From NCBI GenBank assembly GCA_963749705.1, contig CAVVNQ010000016.1:1-64000 (forward strand): a stretch of DNA of 64,000 nucleotides, in the 5' to 3' direction. The position numbers were made by a program, and so were the translations under genes. The notes beneath the pieces were generated by a model, which saw nothing but the letters and a program-made list of their open reading frames with translations, did not search any database and was not told where the DNA came from. This DNA is from an uncultured Chloroflexia bacterium. GTDB lineage: Bacteria; Chloroflexota; Limnocylindria; Limnocylindrales; CSP1-4. Each line of letters starts with the position of its first letter. Within the stretch, counting starts at the first letter, position 1. Shown here in pieces: positions 54,715 to 64,000 of the stretch.

Positions 54715-56057
54715 CCGACCTCAACGTCGTCGGCCGCTCGGTCGCGCGGAGCGACGGGATCGGCCACGTCACGGGCCGGACGCAGTACTTCGGGGATCAC
54801 TCGTTCCCCGGCATGCTCCACCTCAAGATGGTCCGCAGCCCGCTCCACCACGCGCGGCTCCGGGGCATCGACCTCAGCGAGGCGGAGCGGGTGCCCGGGT
54901 TCGTCCGCGCCCTGACCGCAGCGGACGTGCCGCACAACCGGTACACGATCCTGGGGCTGATCGGCGTCGAGCCCGAGGAGGAGTTCGTCCTCGCCGAGGA
55001 CCGGGTGCGGTTCAAGGGCGAGGCGATCGCCGCGATCGTCGCCGAGACCGAAGCCGCGGCGCACGAGGCCGTGGCGAGGGTCCGCCTCGACCTCGAGGAG
55101 CTGCCCGCGGTGTTCGACGTCGAGGAGGCGCTCAAGCCCGGCGCGCCGATCGTGACCCACTGGGGCAACAACACGTTCATGTACGAGGGTCACCCGTGCC
55201 GCCGGGTGCGCCTGGGCGACGTCGACGCCGCCTTCGAGCAGGCCGACCACATCGTCGAGGGCGTGTACAACACCAGCCCGATCGAGCACGCGCCGCTCGA
55301 GACGACCGGCTGCATCGCGGTCCCCGACGGCAACGGGCGGTTCACCGTCCACACCAACACCCAGGCGATCTACTTCAGCCTCGACAACACCTCGATCATC
55401 CTCCAGGTTCCGGGCAACCAGCTGCGGTTCGTGGGCGGCACGGTCGGCGGCGGGTTCGGCGGCAAGGTCGACGTCATCGTCGAGCCCATCGCCACGCTGG
55501 CCGCGATGAGGACCGGCCGGCCCGTCCGGTTCGCGTACAGCCGGTCCGAGGAGATGCAGGTGTCGTCCACGCGCAGCCCGTGGCGGATCTACGTCAGGGA
55601 CGGCGTGATGCGCGACGGCCGGATCATCGCGCGCAAGGTCACGAGCTACGCGGATTCGGGCGCCTACAGCCGCCAGACGCCGTACGCGATCACCAAGCAC
55701 GCCGCCAACGCCGCGGGTCCGTACGCGATCCCGAACGTCTCGATCGACGCCTACTGCGTGTTCACCAACCGCCAGCCGACCAGCGCCATGCGCGGCTTCG
55801 GCGTCACGATGGCCTCGTTCGCGATCGAGGTCCAGATGGACAAGATCGCGGAGCGGGTCGGCCTCGATCCGTGGACGGTCCGGTTCATCAACGCCTACCA
55901 CGAGGGCGACATCAAGCCGCACCGCAAGGCCGCCGAGGACGTGACCCTGATCGAGACGATGCAGGCGGCGGCCGCGCTGGTCGGGCACGAGCTGCCGGAG
56001 GAGCTGCGGGCGATGACCTCGGCGGCGCGCGACGCGACGGACGGGGGAGGCCGCTGA
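54711..56057 (+). CDS. Molybdopterin-binding subunit, N-terminal part (NdhL-like)
   Basis: RSPLHHA, HAPLET, VGGGFGGK, GPYAIP, SAMRGFG. Confidence 0.92.
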   Translation: MTDLNVVGRSVARSDGIGHVTGRTQYFGDHSFPGMLHLKMVRSPLHHARLRGIDLSEAERVPGFVRALTAADVPHNRYTILGLIGVEPEEEFVLAEDRVRFKGEAIAAIVAETEAAAHEAVARVRLDLEELPAVFDVEEALKPGAPIVTHWGNNTFMYEGHPCRRVRLGDVDAAFEQADHIVEGVYNTSPIEHAPLETTGCIAVPDGNGRFTVHTNTQAIYFSLDNTSIILQVPGNQLRFVGGTVGGGFGGKVDVIVEPIATLAAMRTGRPVRFAYSRSEEMQVSSTRSPWRIYVRDGVMRDGRIIARKVTSYADSGAYSRQTPYAITKHAANAAGPYAIPNVSIDAYCVFTNRQPTSAMRGFGVTMASFAIEVQMDKIAERVGLDPWTVRFINAYHEGDIKPHRKAAEDVTLIETMQAAAALVGHELPEELRAMTSAARDATDGGGR

Positions 56058-57067
56058 TGGCAAAGCTCCGCGGCACCGGAATGGCCGCCGTCAACTACCC
56101 GACCGGGATGAACCTCGGCGGTGACCCGTCGCAGGCGCTGATCCACGCCACGACCAGCGGCTCGTTCGTGGTGTCCCTGTCGGCCACCGACCTGGGCCAG
56201 GGGCTGCGCACGGTGATCTCGCAGATCGCGGCGGAGGCGCTGGGCGTCGAGCTCGACCAGATCGTGATCGACACCGCGGACACGGACACCGGGCCCCATG
56301 ACATGGGCACGTTCGCCAGCCGCGCGACCCACCGGGTGGGCAACGCGGTGATCGCGGCCGCGATCGAGGCCCGGCGGTCGCTGCTCGAGGTGGCCGCCGA
56401 GGAGCTCGAGGCGGCGGTCGACGACCTGGAGATCGACGGCCACGGCAACGTGATGGTCCGCGGCGCCCCCGCCCGGGCGGTCAAGGTCGCCGACATCGCG
56501 TCGCTCGCCCAGTTCAAGTACGGCCGCACGATCGCCGGCCGCGGCAGCTACATGAAGGCGAAGAGCCCCGTGGATCCCGAGACCGGCGCGATGGACCCCG
56601 ACTCGACCGAGGCGCACGCGTGCACCGTGGCCGAGGTCGAGGTGGACACGGACACCGGGATGGTCACGGTGCTCAGCATCCGGAGCGCCTACGAGGTCGG
56701 CCGGCAGGTCAACCCCGCGCTCGTCCAGGCGCAGATCACGGGCGGTGCGTGGATGGGCATGTCGCATGCCCTGTTCGAGACGACCCAGCCGTACTACCCG
56801 AGCCCCGAGCATGCGGCGCGCGACTTCAGCACGTACCTGATGCCGGGCGCGATGGAGGTGCCCGAGATCGAGTCCGTCGTGCTCGAGATGCCGTCCTCGA
56901 ACGGACCCTACGGGGTCAAGGGGATCGGCGAGATGACGGCGAACTCGCCGATCCCGGCCATCGTCAACGCGATCTATCACGCCACCGGGGTCAGGATCGA
57001 CGAGCTGCCCGTCACGCCCGAGAAGATCCTGCGCGGCCTCGAGGCCAGGGAGCAGGCTGCGTCCTGA
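56057..57067 (+). CDS. Molybdopterin-binding subunit, C-terminal part (NdhM-like)
   Basis: DLGQG, GTFASR, EVEVD..TG, NP....QI.GG, GPYGVKGIGE; own GGAGG RBS and TGATG coupling. Confidence 0.92.
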   Translation: MAKLRGTGMAAVNYPTGMNLGGDPSQALIHATTSGSFVVSLSATDLGQGLRTVISQIAAEALGVELDQIVIDTADTDTGPHDMGTFASRATHRVGNAVIAAAIEARRSLLEVAAEELEAAVDDLEIDGHGNVMVRGAPARAVKVADIASLAQFKYGRTIAGRGSYMKAKSPVDPETGAMDPDSTEAHACTVAEVEVDTDTGMVTVLSIRSAYEVGRQVNPALVQAQITGGAWMGMSHALFETTQPYYPSPEHAARDFSTYLMPGAMEVPEIESVVLEMPSSNGPYGVKGIGEMTANSPIPAIVNAIYHATGVRIDELPVTPEKILRGLEAREQAAS

Positions 57068-57093
57068 GCCGGGCGCCGAAGCATGGAGACGCG

Positions 57094-57489
57094 ATGAGCC
57101 AGATCACGACATGGGACGAGTTCCCGACGGTCGAGTACATCCCCGGCGTCTACCGCCAGGCCGTGTCGGGCGAGAAGACCATGCTCACCCGGATCGTGTA
57201 CCGGGGCGGTGTCGTGATCCCCGACCATCACCACGAGGCCGAGCAGATCATGCTCGTCGAGCGGGGCCGGCTGTGGGCGAGGGTCGGCGACGAGGAGTCC
57301 GAGGTCGGCCCGGGATCGCTGCTGATCATCCCGTCCAACTGGAACCACGCGTTCCGCCAGCTGGGCGACGAGGACGTGGTGTTCTACGAGAGCTTCGCGC
57401 CGATCCGGCTCGAGTACCTGGTCGGGTTCAAGGGCCCGGATCCCTCGCTGGCGATGATGCGCGAGTCGCTCGACGCCGGGCAGGGATAG
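57094..57489 (+). CDS. Cupin domain protein
   Basis: IPDHHHEAEQ....G...PG....IPSNWNH. Confidence 0.88.
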   Translation: MSQITTWDEFPTVEYIPGVYRQAVSGEKTMLTRIVYRGGVVIPDHHHEAEQIMLVERGRLWARVGDEESEVGPGSLLIIPSNWNHAFRQLGDEDVVFYESFAPIRLEYLVGFKGPDPSLAMMRESLDAGQG

Positions 57490-57510
57490 CGGAGGGCGCC
57501 CGCCGCGGCA

Positions 57511-58104
57511 TCAGCCCGACGCGACCCGGAACGTCCAGGACGTCGTCGCCAGCCGGTTGCCCGCCGCGTCCGTGATCCCGGACAGGATCTGGACGCGGTA
57601 CTGGGTGCCGGGATACATGTTCAGCCTCGGATCGAGCGTTGCCGTCCTCGTGCTCGCGTTGTATCGCACGGTCGAACGGACGACCCAGCCACCCGCGACG
57701 TTGACCAGCTTGATCGTGCTGCCCGACACGCCTCTGACCGGCTCCGAGAAGCGGATCCGGATGGTCGTGCCGCCGGCGACCGAGGTGGCATTCGCGCCGG
57801 GCGAGCGGCTCGCGATCCTGGGCCGGGAGGTGTCCCTGGTCGGCTTCGGGGTTGGCGTCGGCGTCGGTTTCGATGTCGCGGGGGTCGACGGGTTCGTGGA
57901 GGGCGTCGCGGATGCCCGCGGCGCGGCGCTCCCCGCAGCCGAGCTCGCGGCGAACAGCGCACGACTGTCGATCAGCGGCGCCCCGGACATGAGCGCCAGG
58001 GCGGCCGGAACCAGGATCCCGATCGCGAGCCCGACGATCGCCATCCTGATCACACTTGCCCTGTCTTCGAAGATGAGCCCTGCTCCTCTCGACCGGACCC
58101 GCAT
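57511..58104 (-). CDS. Membrane-anchored Ig-like (SbsA/Big_5) domain protein
   Basis: TM, PT linker, P.ANATSV....IRIRFSEPV...ATLDP...ITDAAGNRL....WTF. Confidence 0.82.
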   Translation of the reverse strand: MRVRSRGAGLIFEDRASVIRMAIVGLAIGILVPAALALMSGAPLIDSRALFAASSAAGSAAPRASATPSTNPSTPATSKPTPTPTPKPTRDTSRPRIASRSPGANATSVAGGTTIRIRFSEPVRGVSGSTIKLVNVAGGWVVRSTVRYNASTRTATLDPRLNMYPGTQYRVQILSGITDAAGNRLATTSWTFRVASG

Positions 58105-58137
58105 CGGTGCACCCGGGCACCGTGCCTCGCGCCGAGT

Positions 58138-59670
58138 CTAGCGTGGGCTCACCGGGGCGGAGCGACTCAGCCCACGCTCGGCCGGCGCGAGCCGCGTCGA
58201 TACAGGTCGCGGCCATTCGCATCGCGCGCTCGCACCCGGCACCAGCGCGGCATGGGCGGCGAGCCACGCGCGCGTCCGGGGCGCGTCCTCGCCGGCAGCG
58301 GCAAGGGTCTGCGCGAGGTGCCCGAGGTCGGCGACCCTGTCGATGTCCGGCCAGGGCTCGAGCAGGTGCGCCGGGCGGCCGGCTTCGGCGAGCGCGCGGG
58401 CCGTGGTCGCCAGCGCGGTCTCGCCGCCGAGACGCGCCGTCTCGAACACCGGTGCGAGCCCGGCGGCCGCCGCGCGACGCCCCCGCCACGGCCGGAACCG
58501 CGAGCCGCCCCACGCCGATGGCAGGAGTCGTACCCCGACCAGGTGGTAGCCGCCGTCGAGGCTCGGCCCGAGCACCGAGGCATGCCGCAGGAGCGCATCG
58601 AGCGCGGCCAGGAGCAGGCCCGCGGGGAGCGTCGGGTTGTCGCCGCTGACCGCGATCGCCCGGTCCGCCCCGACACGTTCGGCCTCGACGAACGTGTCGG
58701 TGATCGCGCCGCCAAGGCCGGATCGCCGCTGGACGATCGTCGACCAGCCCGGGCCGAGCAGCGCGGCGACGGGTCCCGCGTCGGCAGCTGCGGGCACGAC
58801 GGCGATCGTGTCGGCGACACCCCGAGCGGCGCCGCGGATCGACGGCCCGAGGTCGGCCAGGCACGCGGCCCACAGCCCGAGCGCTGCCTCCTGGCCGATG
58901 TCGGCGGCCAGCCGCGTCTTGGCGTGGCCCGCCCGGGGCGCCTTGGCCATCAGCGCGATGACGGGCCGGCGCCGCGTCTCGGCCAGCGCGCAGCCGATCA
59001 TCCGCCGGCCGGCGGCGTACGAGGCCCGGATCGACCCCGAGACCTTGCTCCGACCGCCGCGCCGTCGGCGGAACCGCACCGGCGTCTCGGTGACCCGCAG
59101 GCCCGGCGCGCGCAGGGCGCGGGCGACGAGCTGGACGGTCCAGCCGAACCCGGCATCGTCGAGGTCGAGGACCGCCAGCGCCTCGCGGCGGATGACCTTG
59201 AACGGCGGCAGGTCGCGGACGCGCCCGCCCGTCCGATGGCGCAGCAGGGCGGCGACCAGCGTGTTGCCGAGGCGCGCGTGCCACGGCAGGGCGCCCGCCT
59301 CGATCGTTCGCGAGGTGCGGGCCCCGAGCACGAGGTCGGCATCGTCCAGGGCGGCGAGGAGCGCCGGGAGGTCAGCCGGATCGCACGAGCCGTCGCCGTC
59401 GAGGAACGCCACGATCGGGTGGTCGACGACGGCCGCGTCCGCCCCGGTGAGGCAGGCCCGGCCGTAGCCGCGGCGAGGCTCGACGATGACGGTGCCGCCG
59501 GCGTCTCGGGCCACGTCCGGGGTGCCGTCCTGCGACCCGCCATCGACCACGAACACGCAGCACGCACCGGCCGCCCGCAGGCCGGCGGTGAGCTCGCCGA
59601 TCGCGGTCGCCTCGTCGATGACGGGAACGACCGCGCCAACGCGATGCGTGCGCGTCTCGGGCACGGTCAC
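58138..59670 (-). CDS. Fusion of a GT2 glycosyltransferase and a DUF2064 (GT-A, CofC-like) domain
   Basis: N-half: VVPVIDE, VDGGSQDGT, RGYGRAC, FLDGDGS, SKVSG. C-half: MAKAPRAGHAKTRL, GDNPTL, LGPSLDGGYHLVG, DIDRVADL. Confidence 0.88.
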   Translation of the reverse strand: MTVPETRTHRVGAVVPVIDEATAIGELTAGLRAAGACCVFVVDGGSQDGTPDVARDAGGTVIVEPRRGYGRACLTGADAAVVDHPIVAFLDGDGSCDPADLPALLAALDDADLVLGARTSRTIEAGALPWHARLGNTLVAALLRHRTGGRVRDLPPFKVIRREALAVLDLDDAGFGWTVQLVARALRAPGLRVTETPVRFRRRRGGRSKVSGSIRASYAAGRRMIGCALAETRRRPVIALMAKAPRAGHAKTRLAADIGQEAALGLWAACLADLGPSIRGAARGVADTIAVVPAAADAGPVAALLGPGWSTIVQRRSGLGGAITDTFVEAERVGADRAIAVSGDNPTLPAGLLLAALDALLRHASVLGPSLDGGYHLVGVRLLPSAWGGSRFRPWRGRRAAAAGLAPVFETARLGGETALATTARALAEAGRPAHLLEPWPDIDRVADLGHLAQTLAAAGEDAPRTRAWLAAHAALVPGASARCEWPRPVSTRLAPAERGLSRSAPVSPR

Positions 59671-61245
59671 GGCCCGGCTCCCGTCGTGGCGCCCGGCACA
59701 GGACCCCACAGCCGGAACCGGCCGTCATCGACGAGCAGCGGTCGGTCGGAGGCCTCGAGCGCCGCCACGAACGCGGGTCGGTCAGCCCAGTGGAAGAAGC
59801 CGGTGACGTACGGCCGGCGGTCGACCAGGACGTACGCCGCCGGATCGTCGTACGGCAGCAGCTCCAGCGAGGCTCGCGACGCGACGGCGGACGCGAGGCC
59901 CCAGTCGACCGAGAGCACGGCGTCGTCGGGGACCCTCGTCGTGACGGTCCGCAGCTCGTCCAGCGCGGCAGGGCGATCCCAGAACCCGTGCTCGTGGCTG
60001 CTGAACGGGGGCACCGCACCGGCCAGGAATGCGGCCGCGATGGCCGGCGCGCCGAACGCGACGAGCTGCCACGGCCGAGCCCGAGCCAGCAGCGGCTGAA
60101 GCGCTCGTCCGCTGACGCGCCCGCCGCCCCGTCCCGGCCAGCAACGCCAGCAGCCGCCGGCCGCCGAGCGCCGCCGCGACCACCGCGGGCACGATCAGGA
60201 GCAGGCCGTACTGCAGCAGGACATCGTGCTGCGGCCCCTGCGTGCTGAGCAGGTGGGCGACCAGCGGCGGCACGACCAGGAGCAGCCACCGCGGACGCAG
60301 CAGCCCGAGGCCGCCGAGCCCGGCGACCAGCCACGCCGCGACGATCCAGCCCGCCGGCCGGGTGAGCGCCGCAGCGACGGCGTCGGTCCGGGCGAACAGC
60401 GCATCGACGATCCCGAGCCCGCCGCCGAGCCACGCGTAGTAGACGTCGGTGTCGTAGGTCACGCCGGCCCGGAGGAACGGCTTGACCAGGCCGAACACGA
60501 CGATCCCCCACGCAACCGCGACACCGACGAGCAGGAGACCGTCGCGCCGGGGCCGGGCACGCAGCCGGCCGGGGGCCCGCGCCGCGACCAGCAACCCGAT
60601 CACGGCCACGGGGAACACCTGGTCCTCCTTGGCCAGGAGCGCCAGCAGCGCGGCGGCGAACATGAGCGCCGTCCTGCGGGTGAGCCCGGCCCAGCCGGCG
60701 AGCAGGACGAGCGGCAGGGCGAGAGCCTCCGTGTGGAACCCGGCGCGAACCTGCTGCTGCATGACCGGCCAGATCGGGAGCGGTGCGGCGAGGGAGATCG
60801 CCAGCCAGGCGGCCGCGCGGCTCCGGCCGAGGACAGCCCGGACGAGCAGGAACGCGGCCGGAGCGGCGGCACCCAGCGCGGCGGCCTGGAGGAGCGTCAG
60901 GAGCCGCGCGTCGGGCCAGGCGAGCTCGAGGAAGGCGGGCACGACGAGGAGCGGCGAGAAGTGGAGCCCCAGGAAGTCGCCGGGGTTGAAGCTCGAGTGG
61001 AACCCGTGGCCGTGGCCGATCGACCACACGAGCTGCTGGAAGTACGCCTGGTCGTATGCGTTCGTCGTGAGCGCTTCGGCGCGACGCCAGCCCAGCCATG
61101 CCATCCAGGCAGACCCGCCGATCCCCGCGACGACGGCCACGAGCAGCGGCAGCGACCCTGTCAGCGCAGCGGTCCGGCGGCGGGCGATCCCGGCCGGCCG
61201 TGCCACGGCCGACGTGGCGGCGGCGCGGATCCCGGCCGCCGTCAT
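59667..61245 (-). pseudogene. DUF2079-like membrane protein (putative GT-C) with a frameshift near 60100-60140
   Basis: YDQAYFQQLVW, FLGLHFSP, LTLLQ, FHTE, KED in the 61245 frame. The protein-like continuation (LQPLLARARPWQLVAFG...VPDDAVLS...YVLVD) is in another frame, which ends at 59667 with GTGA coupling. Confidence 0.75.
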
Positions 61246-62270
61246 CCGGCGTGGACGGGCTGCCGCGTCGAGCGCCGCTCGACGGCGGTCAGGTACGGCA
61301 GGCCGCCGGCCACGATCCGCGCCTGCGCCCCGGCGGCGGCCCGGGTGATCGCCTCGCCGGCGGAGAAGCGCGGCCGCCAGCCGAGCGCACGCAGCGCCCG
61401 CGTGTCGAACTCGACCCGCGCGGTGTCCCCGTGCCAGCCGCCACGCGAGCCGGTGTACCGCCGCTCGACCGCGCCGGGATCGAGGCCCATCGCCCCGATC
61501 ACGAGGTCCGCCACCTCGTCCACCGTGACCACGCCGTCGTTGCCGACGTTGAACACCCCGAACGGGCGCTCGGCGGCCGACGCATCGGCGTGCAGGATCG
61601 CGCCCGCGACGTCCTCGACCGCGATGTACGGCTTGGCCTGGCGACCATCACCCAGGATCTCGAGGCGCGTCGGGTCGCGGAGCAGCTTGACCACGAAGTC
61701 GTGCACGACGCCGTGGTTGGACCACGGGCCGACGGTGTTGCCAAAGCGGAACGCGAGCGCCCGCCACCCGTACAGGTGTGCGAACCCGCTGAGGATCGCC
61801 TCGCCGGCGAGCTTGCCGGCGGCGTAATGCGACTGCGGCCGCATCGGACCGTGTCCTTCGGCCGTGGGCAGCTCGTCCGTCGGCCCATAGACCACACCGC
61901 TCGACGCGTACAGGATCCGGGCGACCCCGTTCCGCCGCATGGCCTCGGCGACGTTCCACGTCCCGAGGATGCAGCCGTCGAGGTCCAGCCGCGGGTCCGC
62001 GTGACCGCCGGCGATGTCCGTGTTGGCGGCGAGGTGGATCACGAGGTCGACGCCGTCCATCACGTCGGTCAGCGCGGCGAGGTCCTCGATGCCGGCCTCG
62101 ACCGGGCGAAGGCGACCCGCCCGTCGGTCGGCGATGAACGGCGCATCCCAGTCCGCGACCGCCGTGGACAGGTCGTCGAACACGATGACCCGATCGCCGC
62201 GGGCGAGCAGCCGCTCGAGCAGCGTGTGGCCGATGAAGCCGGCGCCACCGGTCAACAGCACCGTGCTCAT
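61242..62270 (-). CDS. NAD-dependent epimerase/dehydratase (GalE-like)
   Basis: TGGAGFIG, HLAAN, ASSGVVYG, YAAGK, LGDGRQAKPYI. Confidence 0.92.
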   Translation of the reverse strand: MSTVLLTGGAGFIGHTLLERLLARGDRVIVFDDLSTAVADWDAPFIADRRAGRLRPVEAGIEDLAALTDVMDGVDLVIHLAANTDIAGGHADPRLDLDGCILGTWNVAEAMRRNGVARILYASSGVVYGPTDELPTAEGHGPMRPQSHYAAGKLAGEAILSGFAHLYGWRALAFRFGNTVGPWSNHGVVHDFVVKLLRDPTRLEILGDGRQAKPYIAVEDVAGAILHADASAAERPFGVFNVGNDGVVTVDEVADLVIGAMGLDPGAVERRYTGSRGGWHGDTARVEFDTRALRALGWRPRFSAGEAITRAAAGAQARIVAGGLPYLTAVERRSTRQPVHAG

Positions 62271-63067
62271 CCGGTGCGACCGTCCCGCGCGCCGGCCAAC
62301 CGAACGTCGGCCGGTTGCGCGTCGGCCGGTCGCGCGCCCGCCCACGCCACCGCTCGCGCATCCGCGCGCCCCACGCCGCCCTTCTCGAGCAGCGCGTACT
62401 GGTAGCTGGCATCGGACCAGACCCGCGCATGCTCCCAGGGCTCGGCGTGGACGAGCCTGCCGAACGAGGTCGCGTCGAGGACCCGCACGCGGTCGGTGCC
62501 GCCCGGTGCGCGCCTCCGCCGCAGCGCCTCGAGCTGGGCGGCGACTCGCATCAGCGAGATCGGGACGGCCGCCCGAACCGAGGACCGCGGCTCGGCGATG
62601 AACAGGCGCCCGCCGGGTCGGAGGACCCGGTGCGCCTCGGCGACCACGCGCGCCGGGGCGTCGACCGTCGCGAGCAGGCGCGCGGACACCACCGCGTCGA
62701 TGCTTGCGTCCTGGTACGGCAGCGCGGTTGCGTCACCCAGGTCGAACCGGCAGTTGCCGAGCCGCTCCGCGTCGCGGCGGGATCGCGCCCGCTCCAGCTG
62801 CGCGGGAGACCGGTCGAGGCCGACCACGTGCAGCTCGGCGAACCGGGCGGCGAGCCGCCGGGCGTAGAAGCCCGGGCCGCAGCCGAGCTCGAGCAGCGCG
62901 GAGCCGGTCGCGGGCCCCGAGGCAGGCCACAGCGCCGCGGCGATGCGATCCGTGTCGTCCCGGAACAGGTGCTCCCGGCAAAAGGCGTAGACCGCCGGCA
63001 CCTGGTCGAACAGGCTGGGCAGGGTCGCCGCCTCCACGAGGTTCGTGTCCAACGGCCGGTCAACCAT
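62267..63067 (-). CDS. Class I SAM-dependent methyltransferase
   Basis: LLELGCGPG, GLDRS, GDATALP, EAHRVLRPGG; N-terminal YAFCREHLFRDDT. Confidence 0.88.
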   Translation of the reverse strand: MVDRPLDTNLVEAATLPSLFDQVPAVYAFCREHLFRDDTDRIAAALWPASGPATGSALLELGCGPGFYARRLAARFAELHVVGLDRSPAQLERARSRRDAERLGNCRFDLGDATALPYQDASIDAVVSARLLATVDAPARVVAEAHRVLRPGGRLFIAEPRSSVRAAVPISLMRVAAQLEALRRRRAPGGTDRVRVLDATSFGRLVHAEPWEHARVWSDASYQYALLEKGGVGRADARAVAWAGARPADAQPADVRLAGARDGRTG

Positions 63068-63191
63068 GCGGCCACCGGCGACCGTCGAACACGACGCGTC
63101 GTGGTCGGGAACCGGGCGGGCAACAACGCAAGACCGGGCTCCTCGCTAGGTGGGGCGCCCGCGATGGGCCTCCGGGCACCGTCCACGCCCG

Positions 63192-63224
63192 ACCATGCCG
63201 CGCGGCGGTGACGCCCTGATGACA
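63192..63224 (-). promoter_or_regulatory. Candidate OmpR-family direct-repeat site plus -10 box upstream of the glycosylation operon
   Basis: Minus strand TGTCAT-caggg-CGTCAC-N10-CATGGT, immediately downstream of the kinase gene. Confidence 0.4.
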
Positions 63225-63285
63225 GGACCGTCGGTGAGCGGGTGGCAGGTCCGACGCCGGGGGGTCCGCGCCGGACCCGGCGCAG

Positions 63286-64000
63286 CTACCCGGCTGCGGG
63301 CAGCTCGATCTCGAAGCGGGCGCCGCCGCCGGGCTCGTTGCCCGCGGACACCCGGCCCCCGTGGGCCTCGACCACGGCGCGCACGATCGCGAGACCCAGG
63401 CCCGACGTCCCGGTGGCCCGATCCCGCGCCGCGTCGGCCTGGTAGAACCGCTCGAACACATGCGGCAGGTCCGCCGGTGCGATGCCCGGTCCGGTATCGA
63501 CGACCGCGATCACGACCGAGCTCCGGGCGGCGTGCGCGTCGATCCGGATCCGGCCACCGGCGGGCGTATGCCGGATGGCGTTGTCGGCGAGGGCGACGAT
63601 CACCTGCCGCAGCCGGTCCGGGTCGCCGGACACCGACAGCCCCGCGGCTCCGGACCCCTCGAGCTGCAGCCCGGCGGCCGTGGCCCGGGCGCCCAGGTCC
63701 CGCGCCACGGCGTCCAGCAGCGGACCGACCGCGACCGTCTCGCGTCGCAGCGGCAGCACACCGGCATCGGCCAGGCTGACGGTCCGCAGGTCGTCCACGA
63801 TCCGGGCGAGCAGCCGGGACTGGTCCCGGATCGTCTCGAGGTGGCGGTCGTCGTGCGGGTATACGCCGTCGAGCACCGCGGACGTCGTCGCGTCGATCAC
63901 GGCGAGGGGCGTCTTCAGCTCGTGCGCGGCGTCCTGGAAGAAGCGACGACGGGCGACCTCGGTCGCCTCGAGATCGGCGGCCATCGCGTCGAACGACCGA
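63286..64000 (-). CDS. BaeS-like sensor histidine kinase (3' part; runs off the window end)
   Basis: HAMP end FDAMAADLE, AHELKTPL, DNAIRHT, DTGPGI, FERFY, SGLGL. Confidence 0.93.
   Translation of the reverse strand, partial: RSFDAMAADLEATEVARRRFFQDAAHELKTPLAVIDATTSAVLDGVYPHDDRHLETIRDQSRLLARIVDDLRTVSLADAGVLPLRRETVAVGPLLDAVARDLGARATAAGLQLEGSGAAGLSVSGDPDRLRQVIVALADNAIRHTPAGGRIRIDAHAARSSVVIAVVDTGPGIAPADLPHVFERFYQADAARDRATGTSGLGLAIVRAVVEAHGGRVSAGNEPGGGARFEIELPAAG

Noticed and set aside
56040-56070. Frameshift or pseudogene explanation for the split Mo subunit
   Set aside because: The second gene has its own GGAGG RBS with TGATG coupling, and the break matches a known natural L/M split point.
52852-57067. 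Aerobic CO dehydrogenase (coxMSL/coxG)
   Set aside because: The large subunit has AMRGFG rather than the form I AYxCSFR motif, is split in two, and coxDEF are absent.

Overview
High-GC bacterial chromosomal segment. Gene style (ECF sigma/anti-sigma pairs, Ser/Pro-rich lipoproteins, SARP-STAND proteins, leaderless-looking promoters) suggests a soil Chloroflexota or Actinomycetota-like organism; this is inference only. From start to end it contains: (1) small resistance/stress-type genes around tRNA-Thr(CGT) (DHFR-like, MarR, LLM oxidoreductase, SRPBCC, VOC, TetR with an ABC exporter); (2) a UbiE-like methyltransferase with a UbiA-like membrane protein; (3) a FadR-controlled non-phosphorylative L-fucose-type catabolic cluster ending in a LarA-family racemase; (4) a ~13 kb stress-type island with an OmpR/KdpE-like response regulator, a DUF4118-GAF-PAS histidine kinase, two apparently degenerate enzymes and many tiny proteins; (5) an eCIS-effector-like HExxH protein with a coupled partner gene; (6) two ECF sigma/beta-propeller anti-sigma pairs and a SARP-STAND-TM-solute-binding-protein fusion; (7) a FadR-controlled xanthine-dehydrogenase-family molybdoenzyme operon with a split large subunit; (8) a methyltransferase / epimerase / frameshifted DUF2079-like / GT2-DUF2064 operon downstream of a truncated histidine kinase. 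The most striking unannotated signal is a recurrent promoter architecture: a TGCAAC-like hexamer, N5, a second hexamer, N42-44, then a -10-like box. I found it by eye at 12 sites. One copy precedes an ORF-less, hairpin-rich stretch that is a candidate sRNA. No CRISPR array, rRNA, integrase or transposase was seen. All family calls come from motif recognition, not database searches.
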